A stretch of DNA of 64,000 nucleotides, from assembly GCF_036321535.1 (NCBI RefSeq), contig NC_087468.1, positions 15,810,001-15,874,000 on the forward strand, given 5' to 3'. Under the pieces are notes generated by a model. The model ran no database searches and had not been told where the DNA came from. It saw nothing but the letters and a program-made list of their open reading frames with translations. The first letter of the stretch is position 1; each line of letters opens with the position of its first letter. This DNA is from Camelus dromedarius. Lineage: Eukaryota. The position numbers and the translations under genes were made by a program. Below are positions 50,671 to 62,655 of this stretch, piece after piece.

Positions 50671-50744
50671 CACGATGCTATGGCCTCATTGTAATTGGAC
50701 GAGAAAGTTTGAGACATTTTCAAATTTAATGTCGGAGGGACCAA

Positions 50745-51595
50745 AGATCTAAATATGAAAGGCAGAACTCTGAATCTTTTCCCAGTGAATATAGAACAAT
50801 CTCTTTGCGTTCTTATGGTAGGGAAGGATTCCATAAATAAGACCCCCAAAGCTCTAATTCTAAAGGAAAAGACTGATACATTGAACAGTATTAAAACTGA
50901 GACCTTCTACTCAATAAACCACATCAACAAGAAAGTGAAAAGACCAACTCTGGGGCGGCAAAGATATTTTGAACAATCGTCGTTAAAACAGGTTAGTAAC
51001 AGAACACATAAATGAGCCCTTTAAATCAATAAGAAAAAGACAAACAGTTCAAAAGAAAAATCAGCAAAGGATTTCAACCCATTCTTCATAAAAAGGAAAG
51101 ATAAATGGCCAATGAACATGTGAGAATGTGCTTAACTTCATTAGTCCTCAAGGAAGTGCAGAATGAAACCGTCAATGAATAGCATTACAAACTCACTAGA
51201 ACTGCTGCAATTCAACACTGACAGTGAGATGTGGAGCAGAGGAAATTCCCATCCATGCCAGAGAGAGCGTAAAATGGTGCAAACATCTTGGAAAACTACA
51301 ATTAAAGATTTTCATACATTTTGGCCCAAGGCATCCTTTTGGGGGGCGGCTATACCTGGAGGGATGTGTGCACAAGTGCACCAGGAAACATATATAAACA
51401 ATACGCCACATTTATAACAGCTTTCTTCCTAACTGTCCCAAACTGGAAGCAACCTAAGTGTCTACTAATAGAGGAATGGGTAAGTAAATTGTGGCACATG
51501 CATATAATGGAATATTACCCAGCACTGAAAAGGAATGAATGACAGTTACACACAATGACATGTGTGAGTATTACAAACATAATGATGATTGATGA
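50745..51595 (+). mobile_element. Old L1 (L1ME/MB) ORF2 end and 3' UTR
   Basis: caataagaaaaagacaaac, aatggccaatgaacatg, aaactggaagcaacctaagtgtc, gtaaattgtggcacatgcatataatggaatattac. Confidence 0.85.
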
Positions 51596-52254
51596 ACGGC
51601 ATCACTTCTGCCAGGGACAGTACCACAAGCCCTGCCCCACTTCCATGATGGTGGGGAGGAGCAAGAAGCAGCCTCAGCTACTCCCCAAGCAGAAAGAGTG
51701 TCAAGCTCAAGAATCTCCGGGACCATTCAGTTCATCCAAGGTCATAGACCTGCTCTGTTCTCTGCGAATCCCACCAACCAAAACATGCTTGAGTGTTAAT
51801 GGGTTATGGAGGTGCCTCAAAAGGAGCATATTTACATTTAAAACAAGTCTTCTGGAGAAAGTGCATAAAACACAACAGTAGGCCACCCGGAGACAGACTT
51901 GGGAACTAGCTGCCATTTCAAGCAGAAATAAGAGCTTGCTCATTTGGAGGCTGCGTGGTCTGGAACCTCTTGTGCACTCTGTTGCTAAACTCTGAGCCAA
52001 GATTCTAACAGATGCGATTTGAGACAATTCCTCTGAGCTTGGGATTCAGAAGAAACACTCATGGGTGGTTCTGCCATGGCAGAGTGGCTGAGGTTTTAAC
52101 AGAGTCAGTGTTCTTTGAGCAGACAATTTCCCAGTTGGTCCAATTTTCTCCTGGGGGTTCAGGAGCGGGCAGCAAGAACGGTGGGGAGGGCTGGGATTAC
52201 GTTGTATCACTCGGCATGCCCTGCATTTCCAGTATTGTGGGAGGAGAAGTCCTG

Positions 52255-52395
52255 GGCTAGACAGGTCCCAGAAGCTCAGGATTCGAGAGCAGCCTCTGAT
52301 GCTCTGTTACCTTTGGGCCTTAATTTCTTCCTCTGCACAATGAGAGGTTTAAACAGAATGATTGCTAAGGTTGATCTGAGCTCTGAAACTTCTCT
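52255..52395 (+). mobile_element. MIR/MIR3 fragment
   Basis: acctttgggccttaatttcttcctctgcacaatgagaggtttaaacagaatgattgctaagg. Confidence 0.55.
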
Positions 52396-52439
52396 TTCCT
52401 TTCTATGTATTTCAACGAACACTATTTAAACCAGCAATA

Positions 52440-52970
52440 TAGATTTTACAACTTTCAGTGCATTTGGCTGCTGCCAATTTCTCTGCCTACAGATGGAATA
52501 TCTCTATCCTGGCCGAGAATTCTCTGGACACCTGCTGGTTCCATCCACTGGGGACTGAGAATGCCTATGTGGCAGGACTTGTTGAATGACTCACCGTACT
52601 GTGAGTCAGTCACCTCGACTTCATCTAGTTTTGTGACTTGGGGGTGCAGGCTGCAGGGAGCTGTCCGAGGGGCTAGCGTCCTGGGCCAGCCAGGTCGAAC
52701 AGAGAGGGACCGTGTGCTGGGCTTTGCTCATTTTTACTTCATTTCTGATATCACGGGGATGCAGGTTTGGCCTAAGGCCAAGGTGGTCAAAATAGTCATG
52801 TGCTATGACTTAATTCTCCAGGGCCTAGGACAGACATCGCTAATCCCTAACAGCTGTCTTCATGTGCTTTCCCTGTTTCACTGAGTATCCACTTCGTATG
52901 TTTTTTCCTAGTAAACACACCTGCATGAGTTTACTTGGGGAATCCTGGGGGCAGCATCACACTTCAGGGA
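52440..52970 (+). mobile_element. Old LTR (ERVL LTR40/41-like), boundaries approximate
   Basis: The 3' part cctagtaaacacacctgcatgagtttacttggggaatcc resembles old ERVL LTR R/U5. No TSD recognised. Confidence 0.35.
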
Positions 52971-53124
52971 AAGCCTCTGCTATCACTTTGGTTCCCTCTC
53001 TCTGAATTTCCCATCTTTCTTCCTATCTCTCTCTCCTCTCTCTCCTCTACAGGAGTAAACAAAGCCCTCTTTTCTTTCATCCATAGCATAACGGTTTATC
53101 AAAAACTTCCTGTGCCAGATACTA

Positions 53125-53315
53125 GCCTTCATTCTTTGCATGTGTAATTTGATCTCCACACAACCTCATGAAGGACCCACATTCATTATTCTCATTTTGC
53201 AATGAGAAAACTGAGGCACAGAACAGCTGGGTAATTTGTCTAAGGTTACACAGCTGGTAAGCCATGGAGTTGGGATTCAAACCCAGGCAATCAGATTCCA
53301 GAGCCCACGGCCACC
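53125..53315 (-). mobile_element. MIR
   Basis: caatgagaaaactgaggcacaga...gtctaaggttacacagctggtaag...gggattcaaacccaggca. Confidence 0.85.
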
Positions 53316-54109
53316 TTATACTCTCTCCCATGAAAGCATTTCTTCTAGATGAACCCAGGACTCTCCAGGGAAGGGACTTCGGTGAATGAAAGACTCTTCA
53401 TCTATTTCCATAAATATGCATATTTCTAAATTTGCATTGGATGGCTGACATTGAGAATACTCAAGATTGGAAATACTGCAGTTTACTGACTCTGAGACAC
53501 CATTACTGGGAAGATGCACCATTACTTAATGCATCATTTAAACTACGACACAAGGTCTTAATGACGGACAGTATGACTCATGACTGGGTCACACTGCTTC
53601 AAAACTTTAATAAATTTCAAAAATCTAAGCAATCTCCCCTGCCTTCAGGCTTGGAAACAAAATATGACATGACTTCACTGACTTGCAGTCATCTTTCTTA
53701 GATCCCAGAAAGAGCTAGCTTGTTATTTTCTAAGAAATTTCTAAAATTGCTGTTATTGCTTCAGCGTCAAATATTCATTTTACTCATATCTCATGGCCAC
53801 CCCGCTGCTCTGTTTTCTCCTTTTCTGAAAACACAAGAAGCGTTTCACTTGAATGCTGAATCACTGTATATTTCTCTTTTTATTCTGGAAATGTTTAAAC
53901 GTATTAAAAAAGTGGAAAGAATAGAATGGTGAACTCCCGTGAACCCCTTATTCTCACTTCAGCAATTACCCACATTTTTACTCTTCTGGTTTGAAGACAT
54001 TTTAAACTTTAGTTTAACTCAGTATATGGGTGAAGACAATGGGGCTAGCTCTGCCCACTCTGGGGCATATGGGCAGTCATTCCACCATAATTATCTTCTG
54101 GCCGGAAGA

Positions 54110-54195
54110 GATGGAGGCCACCATTACTGCAAGATGCCACCCAATTTCAGAGATGTTAAAATGTAAAAAAAAAAATGTGTGTCTTAGAATTGGCA
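54110..54195 (-). mobile_element. MER104-like (TcMar-Tc2) fragment
   Basis: gcaagatgccacccaatttcagagatgttaaaatgtaaaaaaaaaatgtgtgtcttagaattg. Confidence 0.6.
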
Positions 54196-55361
54196 GGGAG
54201 GCCAGGTTGCACTTTACTTATGAGTCAGTACCTAAGGGGCCAGAATTATCCTTACTCAGTGCTTTTGAAATTTTGGTTTTGTTCTCATTTTTTTTTTCCC
54301 TCTTGGCCTGTACCCATCACCAAAGCACAGAGAAGAATCTTTGTACGTTTCATGAAAAACTTCCTCCTTCCAGTCTTTGGACTGTCAGGGCCTGGCAGGC
54401 CTTTGGGAATCCACTCATCACTTTTGTGGGGACTGGCTGGAGAGAGTCCAGGGAGCCCAATCCAAAGACATGTGAGTCTGTGAACCACAATGGATGCCCA
54501 TTATTTGCAGATTTAGTACCTGACCCAGGTACCGAGTCCCCTGTCTCCTCTCCTGCCCTGATGATCCTGCCACTTGGACCGAAGCGCTTGCCTTTCTTCT
54601 TACTTGCCCCTTGTCCTGGGTCCCTACTCTGCTTTCTGCCAAAGTGTGCCCCTGATATCCTGAAACAGACCCCCAGATCTGTGACTTCTCATGTCAGGTA
54701 CTCTGTACTGGGCTTGCAAGCCTGGGCATTCTGGGCTGAGTGTCAGAAGCCCTGGAGAGGACAGTTTGGCCAAGAGATGCCATCTCTTGGCTCATCCTCA
54801 CGATGAGGCCAAGTGTGGATAGAACGACCCTGGTAGGAAGCAGTGTGGGTGGAAACCTCACGAGGCCAGGAGTGTTCATTCATCCACGATGTCAGGAGAG
54901 CATGAGATGGCAGAATGAGGGAGACCCTAATGGCATGTCAGGCAGCCGGAGTTCTGCTCTTAGCTCTGCCAATGATCAAAGCCACTGTGATGCCCACACA
55001 GCCAGTGGGCCTGACCAGTCAGTGCACGCCGGCCAAGCTCAGCCGGCTCCTGCTCCCCGCGGTCCGCAGCCTTTTCTAAAGATCGTGGAAGGCCACTCTG
55101 CCACACCCTGTCCCAGCCTCCCTCACCCGATGACTCTGGGGAGCTGGTATACAAACACTCCAGAGAACTGGGCACAGACCTGTCCTCAGGGAACCTCCTG
55201 GGTGGGTGGCTCCAGCCTGGTCCTGGGGGAGCCCTGGAGTGTAGGTGACACCCTGGCGTCACCCCGCAGGAGGCCGGGGAGCTGGGCTGCCAAATTCCCA
55301 CTCCTGTTGGTCTGCCAGGTGAATCCCTAGGACTCCAGCTGTCCTTCTGTGTGTAAGTGTG

Positions 55362-55702
55362 TGTTAAAAATGATTAGAGAAGACAATTTAGGCGAAACTT
55401 TAACTAGCAACTTCACTTCGTGAAGAGGGCTGTCTCCATTCCCAAGTGTCCAGAGAACTGCAAAGTGGGGCAGAAGGCAGGATGCTTTTATGGGATAAAG
55501 AACAAGGGACAAGGAAGAGAAAAACAGAACAAGGAACAAGGACGTACGTGCAGTGCTGACAGATGGCTTCGTTTTGAGCAACTGGCCAATTGGATCAAGT
55601 GGAGGATTTACAAGGACTGGAAAGTTTTCTAAGTCTGGGTTTGCTGACGGGACACCCCGGGCAGGGGTGGCTCCATCTGGGGTCCAGGAATTTACTTCCA
55701 CA
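55362..55702 (-). mobile_element. ERV1-type solo LTR (341 bp)
   Basis: TG...CA ends flanked by GTGTG on both sides (55357-55361 / 55703-55707). Body resembles an antisense MER4-group LTR. Confidence 0.65.
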
Positions 55703-55929
55703 GTGTGGACAAGCCTCTCGGCGGCCTGAGGGCTGTCCTTGCTGGGGGTATTAGCAGCAGAAGGATTTTGAAGGAGGTGGTACACAAAAATGCCACAAAG
55801 TGGTGGCAGGGGCTCCGGGTGGTACCTTGTCACTTACGCTACAGTCACATTCCTCGGGTAGCATTGTCCCAACGCCCACGATGCCCCAAGTCCCACTGTG
55901 CCTGGTACACAGCTGGCGTGCCGTGGTTT

Positions 55930-56440
55930 TTAAATGAATGAATGAGCATTTTTCATTCCTCGTCTCTCTACCCTGTTTGTGACATTTTACACAATTCAAG
56001 TCTCTCTCCTTGAAAATCTCTCTTCCATTGGCTTTTGAGGCACTACTCCTGGTGCTGTCTCTCCTCCTGTCCTGTCTCCTTTCTGGGCTCATTATCCCCG
56101 CTTGCCTTAAGCAGCTATGCTCCTGGGGCTTATGTCTTCAGCCCTCCCCTGGGCGCACTCTCTGCGGGCGCTCTTACTTACATTTACAGTCTTAAGTCTA
56201 GTCTATTTGCTAATAATGCGCCAATTCATGTTTCTTTCATCCATTCATTCAACAAATATTTCTAAGAGTCTTAGTATGTGCCAGCCACTCACCTAGGTGC
56301 TTGGGGTACAACCTTGAACAAATCATACTGAGATCTCTGCCTTTGGAGAGCCTGCAGGCTGGTAGCAGGTGGGAATGGGGGCAGACAATAAGCAATAATC
56401 ATAATAAAATAAGAAAACGATGTAATACGTTCAAGGAAAA
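55930..56440. mobile_element. L2 fragments in both orientations
   Basis: ctctctccttgaaaatctctcttccattggcttt and cattcattcaacaaatatttctaagag. Confidence 0.65.
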
Positions 56441-56659
56441 AGCAAAGCAAAGCAGCATGAGCATGATGGGAACGCCGAGGACACGGCGGCAGGGGGAGGC
56501 CACAAGGAAGGGCTGGATTGACTGAGCCTTTCTCCCTATGACCTCTGTCTCCATCTGGTCTCCCTCTTAGATTTATTTTTTTTCTTCTTCTTCTTTTGGT
56601 CTCTTTCTCCATCTGGTTTCTCATTCTCCAGGGCGCTAGGGCACCTTACGTGGTGGTTT

Positions 56660-57000
56660 CAGTGCAAGACGAGGCGATGCTGCAAGGCTTTTTGAGGACA
56701 AGACTCAGAAGTCACACAGAGAAATTCCTGTCATGTTCTATTGGTCAAAGCAAGTCACCTGGCCAGCTCAGATCCAAGAGCATGTGTCCAGGGATGGGAG
56801 CAATGGTTGGGGTCATCTTGCCTGCAGTCTGCCATGGAGGGCAACACTAGGGGATGCAAGCAGCCCGGACCCCCCGGGTCACCATGTGCGCTGGGCTGTC
56901 TTTGTCTGGACTTCTTGTTATGGCAGAAATACAGTTCTTATTTGTTAAGCCCCTGGATTGGCTTGTTTTTGTCACACAGAACTGAACATTTTCCTAACGG
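56660..57000. mobile_element. MLT1J/K-like LTR fragments
   Basis: gttctattggtcaaagcaagtcacctggccagctcagatccaag and ctggacttcttgttatggcagaaatacagttcttatttgttaagcc. Confidence 0.65.
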
Positions 57001-58339
57001 GTGTAAGTTGTTCTTACGATTTTATCGGTGGTTCCAATCATTTGCTGAAATCTCACGGGGAGTTTATCACTAGTAATAAGGTGCTAACATTTGTGAATAA
57101 TTCATAGGGCTTGAAAAATAAAGATGGATTCAAGGTCCCACTTTTGAATTTTCCATCACCTCTTTCCTGGGGATAAAAGCCAGAGATGCACTGTCCTTCA
57201 GAAGCAAGTTCAGAGCCCTTTGCCTGCTGCTAATATTAATACTCAGAAGGGACTTTACCTTCAGGTCCCTATGGGGTTTACTGTGGGACTCCAACCCCCA
57301 GCCCCAAACCAGATCCTTGCTGTTTATTTCTGTGAGCTGCCAAGAGGGCCTCTGTGTGCATACGAATCAGTCCCAGTCACTATTTGGTGCCTGGGGTCCT
57401 GCAGCCCCAACCGACTCCGTGAGAAAGTGCTCTGAGCTGGAGCCATTTCCCCCTGGTGTTGCCTGGGGAACCGTCCGACCGCAGGGCCTCGGATGCTCCT
57501 TGACTCCTCCCCCCACCAGGCAGTGCCCGTCACTCCTCCTCACGCCGCTGGCACAGGGACTAGCCCTTCATGTTCCCAACCAAGAAGGAAGATGCTCCTT
57601 TCTGGTTACACCTTGTTAGGCTGTCCCAGCAAGATGGCTTGAATGCAGACGTTTCACAGTGGAAACCTCTTGCGTTGTCTCCTGGTAACTGTGTGAGACC
57701 GCCTCCTGCCGTCCTCCGTGACCCCCAACCCCACCCTTTGTCCTTGATGCTGTCATCGGCAGAGGAGCTGATGCGTCTGTTCCACCACTGACGGGCTTTG
57801 ACCCCACGCCAGCGTCAGAGGCCACTCAGCCCCCAAGGCGGTCCTTGTGCATCGAGAAGGATGCTTCTCTTTGTTTTATCCAGAGGTGGTTCAACAGCGC
57901 TGTTGCTTGGACCCTAAACAGTTCAGGGCTGGGGATACAACTTTTTCCCTTTAAGAATAAATATTTCTTAAGAGTTCTGAATAGCTACTTCACGTACGTG
58001 ATGAAAAGCAAAAAAATCCAGTCGATACAAAAATACACAACAGTGAAAAGCGAGGCTCTCTAATCCTGAATACCACGTCCCCGGACTCCTTCATCACAGC
58101 AAAATTTCACAATAGTTGATGCATCTCATGAATCTGTGATCCAGTCCTTCCAATTTATAAACACAGCTCTGGCTGAGCTGGACGCCTAGGTCAGGAGAGG
58201 TTCTGGGACAGGTGCGTCACCACGCCCAGACCCCCTCTGCTCTGACCCCTGCCCTCTGCTTAACTTGGCCGGCTTCCTCCTCCCTGATGGAAAGTACTTC
58301 ATTTGTTTCTTTATTCCAACAGCTATCTGAGATATAATT

Positions 58340-58552
58340 GCCATACAGCTTGGAAGTCTAAGGTGCACCGCACGACGATCTGACATACGTGTTTTTGAGA
58401 AATGATTTTACCCCGACAAGTTTAGTTACCATCCATCTCCTCCTGTAGCTACAAAACAATTGTTTCCTTGTGCTGAGAACTTTCCGGATCTACTCCCGCA
58501 ACAACCTTCAGATACGCTGTGCAGCCCACCTGCTGTCTTTTGATGTTGTACC
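58340..58552 (-). mobile_element. L1MA9/10-like 3' end fragment
   Basis: gaaatgattttaccccgacaagtttagttaccatcc...gctgagaactttccggatctactc. Confidence 0.65.
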
Positions 58553-59460
58553 AGACATGTTTGCACGTGTCCAAACCCCACTAATGGACAGGATTCAAGT
58601 ATTTCTCCTCCAGCCCAGACCTTTCGCACTTCTGTGCCTTTGCAAAGGCTCACCCGCCCCCTGGAATAGCCTTTTTCTATTGTTCTCTTTAGAAATCCCC
58701 ATTAAGACCAAGCTTATTTGTTACCTTTTCTGTGGCTGTTTCCCCTCCTGACCCCTGAGCTGAGATCATCACATCAGCTTTATTCAGTGTTGTCTCTCGC
58801 AGTGATTTTGGTTCTTCAAACGATCACGTTGTGCTACAATTTTAGTTTTTTGCTCACATTGTTCTCTCTCATCAATACTCTGAGCAATTTGAGAATAAGA
58901 ACTTGCTGGTAAAATTGTATGCACGTCACATAAGGTGGCTTTCAGCAAACGCTGCTTAAATAAGCCTGAGGTATAGTATGGAATTTTTGTACTTCGGCAA
59001 CTCTGGTGTTCACTTGAATTTGGAATCGAGTGGAAAAATTGGGAGCTGCTGTCCCACAGGCTCCAGCCCAAAGTCTTCAGCATGCAAGTCTGGTGTCCCC
59101 TGGATCAGGAGACCCGGCTTTAAATCCTCAGCCACTCGGTGGCTGTTACAGTGGGCTGTCACTTAATCTCACCCAGCTTTGGTTTTCTTGTTGGAAAAAA
59201 AGATGGTTTATACATCTTGCAGGATCCTGGAAACTAATTGTGACTCTAAGAAGCCGCCTAGGAGACTGCTGGGTGCCTAACTGGGTGCTCGACATTAGCT
59301 ACTTTGGTGAATGAATAAATGAATGAATATACTGATATCGCTCTTGGTAGAGTAACTGCCATCTGGTCTGATACAGCATCCGAGGGAGAACTTACATAAA
59401 TACCAACAGGAACTATGGTTGTACATGCGTTTATGTGCTTCTGCATTTTGCTGCTGTTTC

Positions 59461-59760
59461 CACGTGTGTGCCCTCACGCGCGCGCCCGCACACAGACTCT
59501 CTCCCCCTCTCTTGTTCATACAGTCCCAGTTCCCAATTTTGTTCGCTGGTTATACAACAACCGTGCACGATGAGGTCCCGCGGGGACAGAGACGAGGCAG
59601 CCCTCGCTGCGGGTTTGACGCGATGCCACAGTGGCGTTTCATTTTCACGTCAGTTTCTCCTTAGCCCAGAGCCGCGGCACACCTCTCCTTCCCGCGCACG
59701 GCCGCTCTGATGGCCTGCTGTCCTCGCTGCGACTCTGTGGGGCTCGGATTTCTGGTCTTC
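59461..59760. promoter_or_regulatory. Small orphan CpG island
   Basis: Hand count over 300 bp: C=106, G=77 (61% GC), 27 CpG, observed/expected about 1.0. Confidence 0.65.
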
Positions 59761-61641
59761 CTGGAAAGCCCCAATGTCTTATCATGTGGATGCAAGAAGA
59801 TTTTTTTTTTTTCCAGTGCCTACTTTGCATCCATTTGTAGGCGTGATTGAGTTCTGCAAAAGTCTCTCAGTGAAAGAATGTTTTTTTGATAAGTACCTGA
59901 AGTCCTCCATTTGTCAGATTTCACTCTTAGGTGGTGTTTGGCTGCTTTACAGCATGTAGTCACCCCCCACCCCCGGGTCTTAGTCTCTGTCTCGCAGGTG
60001 CACGTACATCACTCAGGTTCCCCCGCTGCCTGGTCTCTGGCTCACGTAACAGCGGAGTCTACCTACATTCCATCTCTCCTCCATCTTTGAGCACATTTAG
60101 GGGGGAAATGGATTTCTTTCCTGTCTGTGCACATTGTGACGGATCCACTGTGATGGGCAGGTGCCCTGCTAAATATTTTCAGTACTACCTTTGTCCACAC
60201 TCATGTCTGGCATCAAACAAACAATGGAAAATAGAATCCATAAAGTTTCTAACTCCTTGGAATATATACATCCGAGCATTCACTTATTTTAATGACTGAA
60301 TTGGTTTAACTCAGCAGGTACTCATTAACAGAACAGACTTCTCCAGTGTGTAGCGCCCCATCGTAGAGGTTGGGACTGTGTTGGGGGAGCTGGAATCCTA
60401 GGTGGGCAGACAGGATCACCCCACCTAGCGGGCGCTTTATGCTTTTGTGCGTTACCCGTGTTTTCCCAGGCGTTTCCTGCTCTTGGGGTCGCCTCGGCCT
60501 TCTTAATGATGGCGTGGTTTTCAGCCATCTGCACCATTTAGGTCTCAGGACTTTATGTCTGGCTTGGGGATTTGGTGGCTCACTCACTCCTCAGTGGTGG
60601 TTTCCTGGTCCTTGGTGGTAACTTGGTGGCAGGCAGCTTTCCTGTCCCCGATCCTCTGGTCTCCTGTGAATGGCCCTCCCAGGATGACAGCAGGCCTGGG
60701 GGTCCAGCCTGAACTTGCTGTGGGGCTGGGCTGGGTGACAGCTGTGGGCTGCCGAGCAGAGGAGAACCAAAGACAGCTTCCCAGACATAGTTTGAGTCCA
60801 CCAGAGAGTTTAGCGGACTGCAAAGGAGGAGGCTAGCAAAACCTGGAGCATGTGACGGAAGAGAGCAAGCAGGGGAGGAGCCACGGGAGGTCACTGAGGC
60901 AATGATCTGTGAAAGGTGGGAGCCTTTTACAAGGGACTGATGACTTGGGTAGGAACGGAAAGGCTGGCGATCTTTCCTGCCTTTTTCCTATCATTGTGGG
61001 CTTTTGTTCAGCAGAGCACTGTTTACATCTCCAGGACCCCACTGCTCTGCAAGTTGCAAAGGAGCCCCCTCCCCTCTCAAGGGACTGCAGATTTTCGCCA
61101 GCGGCACAATCTAGTAGCTAATTAATGCTAGATCTCAAGTGTTGTACTTTGGATTTTACTATGCCTTCTCTTATGAGACAGCAGATAAGTTTTCAAGGGA
61201 GCTTGGCCCCTGTGACACCACCCAGAGCCCCCCTCACTCCCGTAGGCTGGACTGGGTCCTTTCTGCCCTCTCCTGTTTCTGGTGTGCTCACTGCCTTCCC
61301 GGGGCATCCTCTTGGGTGGGCTCCTCCCTGCGGGTTGGTTAGCCATCACTTCCCATTTTGTCCAGCAGTCACAATCCCAGCGTCCTAGGGCCAGACCTTC
61401 GGTCTCCGAGCCCCTTTTGATCTGGAAGCATCCTGCCTGCAGTTTCCTGGTGTTTTTCCTGCAAGCTCGGTGGAGGTAAACAGACAAATCTTCTCCTGGC
61501 ACCTCAGTTGGTACCCGGATGGAAATGTGAGGGAGTGTGCAGGGACCCCCAGGTGTGAGACTCAGCTGTGGCTGTTAATGTCGAGAGAATAGGGGACCCC
61601 CTATTTTGTTTGCCTAGGTTTGTGCTTCTTAACTCTGTTTC

Positions 61642-61749
61642 ATTTATTTATTTATTTATTTAATTTTTTTTTAATGGAGGTACCGGGGATTGAACCCAGG
61701 ACCTCGTGCATGCTAAGCACACGCTCTACCACTGAGATATACCCTCCCC
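61642..61749 (-). mobile_element. Vic-1-like SINE, well preserved, short (AAAT)n tail
   Basis: Minus strand reads GGGGAGGGTATATCTCAGTGGTAGAGCGTGTGCTTAGCATGCACGAGGTCCTGGGTTCAATCCCCGGTACCTCCATT + A-rich tail. Confidence 0.9.
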
Positions 61750-62384
61750 TTCCTCCTCTATTTTAATGTAACGTCTGTCTGCTCCCCCTGCCTCCCTCTC
61801 TCCTGCCCCAGTTCTGGCTTGTCAGCCTGATGAAGTGGCCTCCGCACTGACTGTCCCCTCCCGTCTGCCTTTGAGGACCATTCGCCATGTGAGTTCTCCT
61901 CTCAGCAGGGGCGAGGCGGAGAGCTCTCACCTCTGGTGGCTGCACTGCCGGCTCAGTCTGACGGGAGCCGGACAAAGGATCGCCGTGCGGGGTGCAGACC
62001 TGTCAGCTGCTGTCAGTTACTCTGGAGTTTTCCCTTCTGCTTGGAAATCAGGGGACCCAGGTTATCCTTGGTAGCAAGGTGGACCCTGCTTCTCTGGTAG
62101 GAAGTACAGGTTTCCACCATCACTGTGGGCTTTGTTGGGAGTGAAAAATGAACCGGCTGGGGTTCTTTTCCAGACCCTCCCCCCAACCCCGCATGAATGC
62201 TGCTGGTCTGGTTCCGGAGTCTGAGCCATATGTTGGAAGTGACATCAGGGCAACACGGGGACCAGTGCTCCAGAAGGAGTTGTGGCCAGTGGGCTATTCA
62301 AAGCAGGGCAAAGAGCTGTGGGCTGGTTATCCAAAGCTGAAGGCTCGAAGGCCACCCCAGATGTCACTTGTATGGCTACAGCAC

Positions 62385-62655
62385 AGTCTCGGTCAGTTCA
62401 GGCTGCTGTAACAAAAGACGACAGACTGTGTGGTTTGACAACAACAGGAATGTTATTTCTCACAGCTCTGGAGGCTGGAGGTCTGAGATCGGGGTGCCAG
62501 AGTGGCCCACATCCAGACCACTGAATGCCAGCTTCTCTTCGTATTATTGAGAACTCCGAACCATGACCCAGTCACCTCCCAAAGAGCCTGCCTCCTAATG
62601 CCATCAACTTGGGGATGAGGATTTCCACGTATGAATTTTGGGGGAACAAACTGCA
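62385..62655 (-). mobile_element. MLT1A/MST-like MaLR LTR, internally deleted
   Basis: gtcagttcaggctgctgtaacaaaa...tttctcacagctctggaggctggag...cacctcccaaagagcc...tatgaattttggggg. Confidence 0.8.

Noticed and set aside
54030-55330. Longest ORFs (258 aa on +, 196 aa on -)
   Set aside because: Non-ATG starts, run through a MER104 fragment and A/T runs, and have a random Ser/Pro/Leu/Cys-rich composition with no domain.
60398-60428. Hairpin CTAGGTGGG...CCCACCTAG as a small RNA
   Set aside because: The 9-bp stem with a 13-nt loop is too short for a pre-miRNA and is expected by chance.
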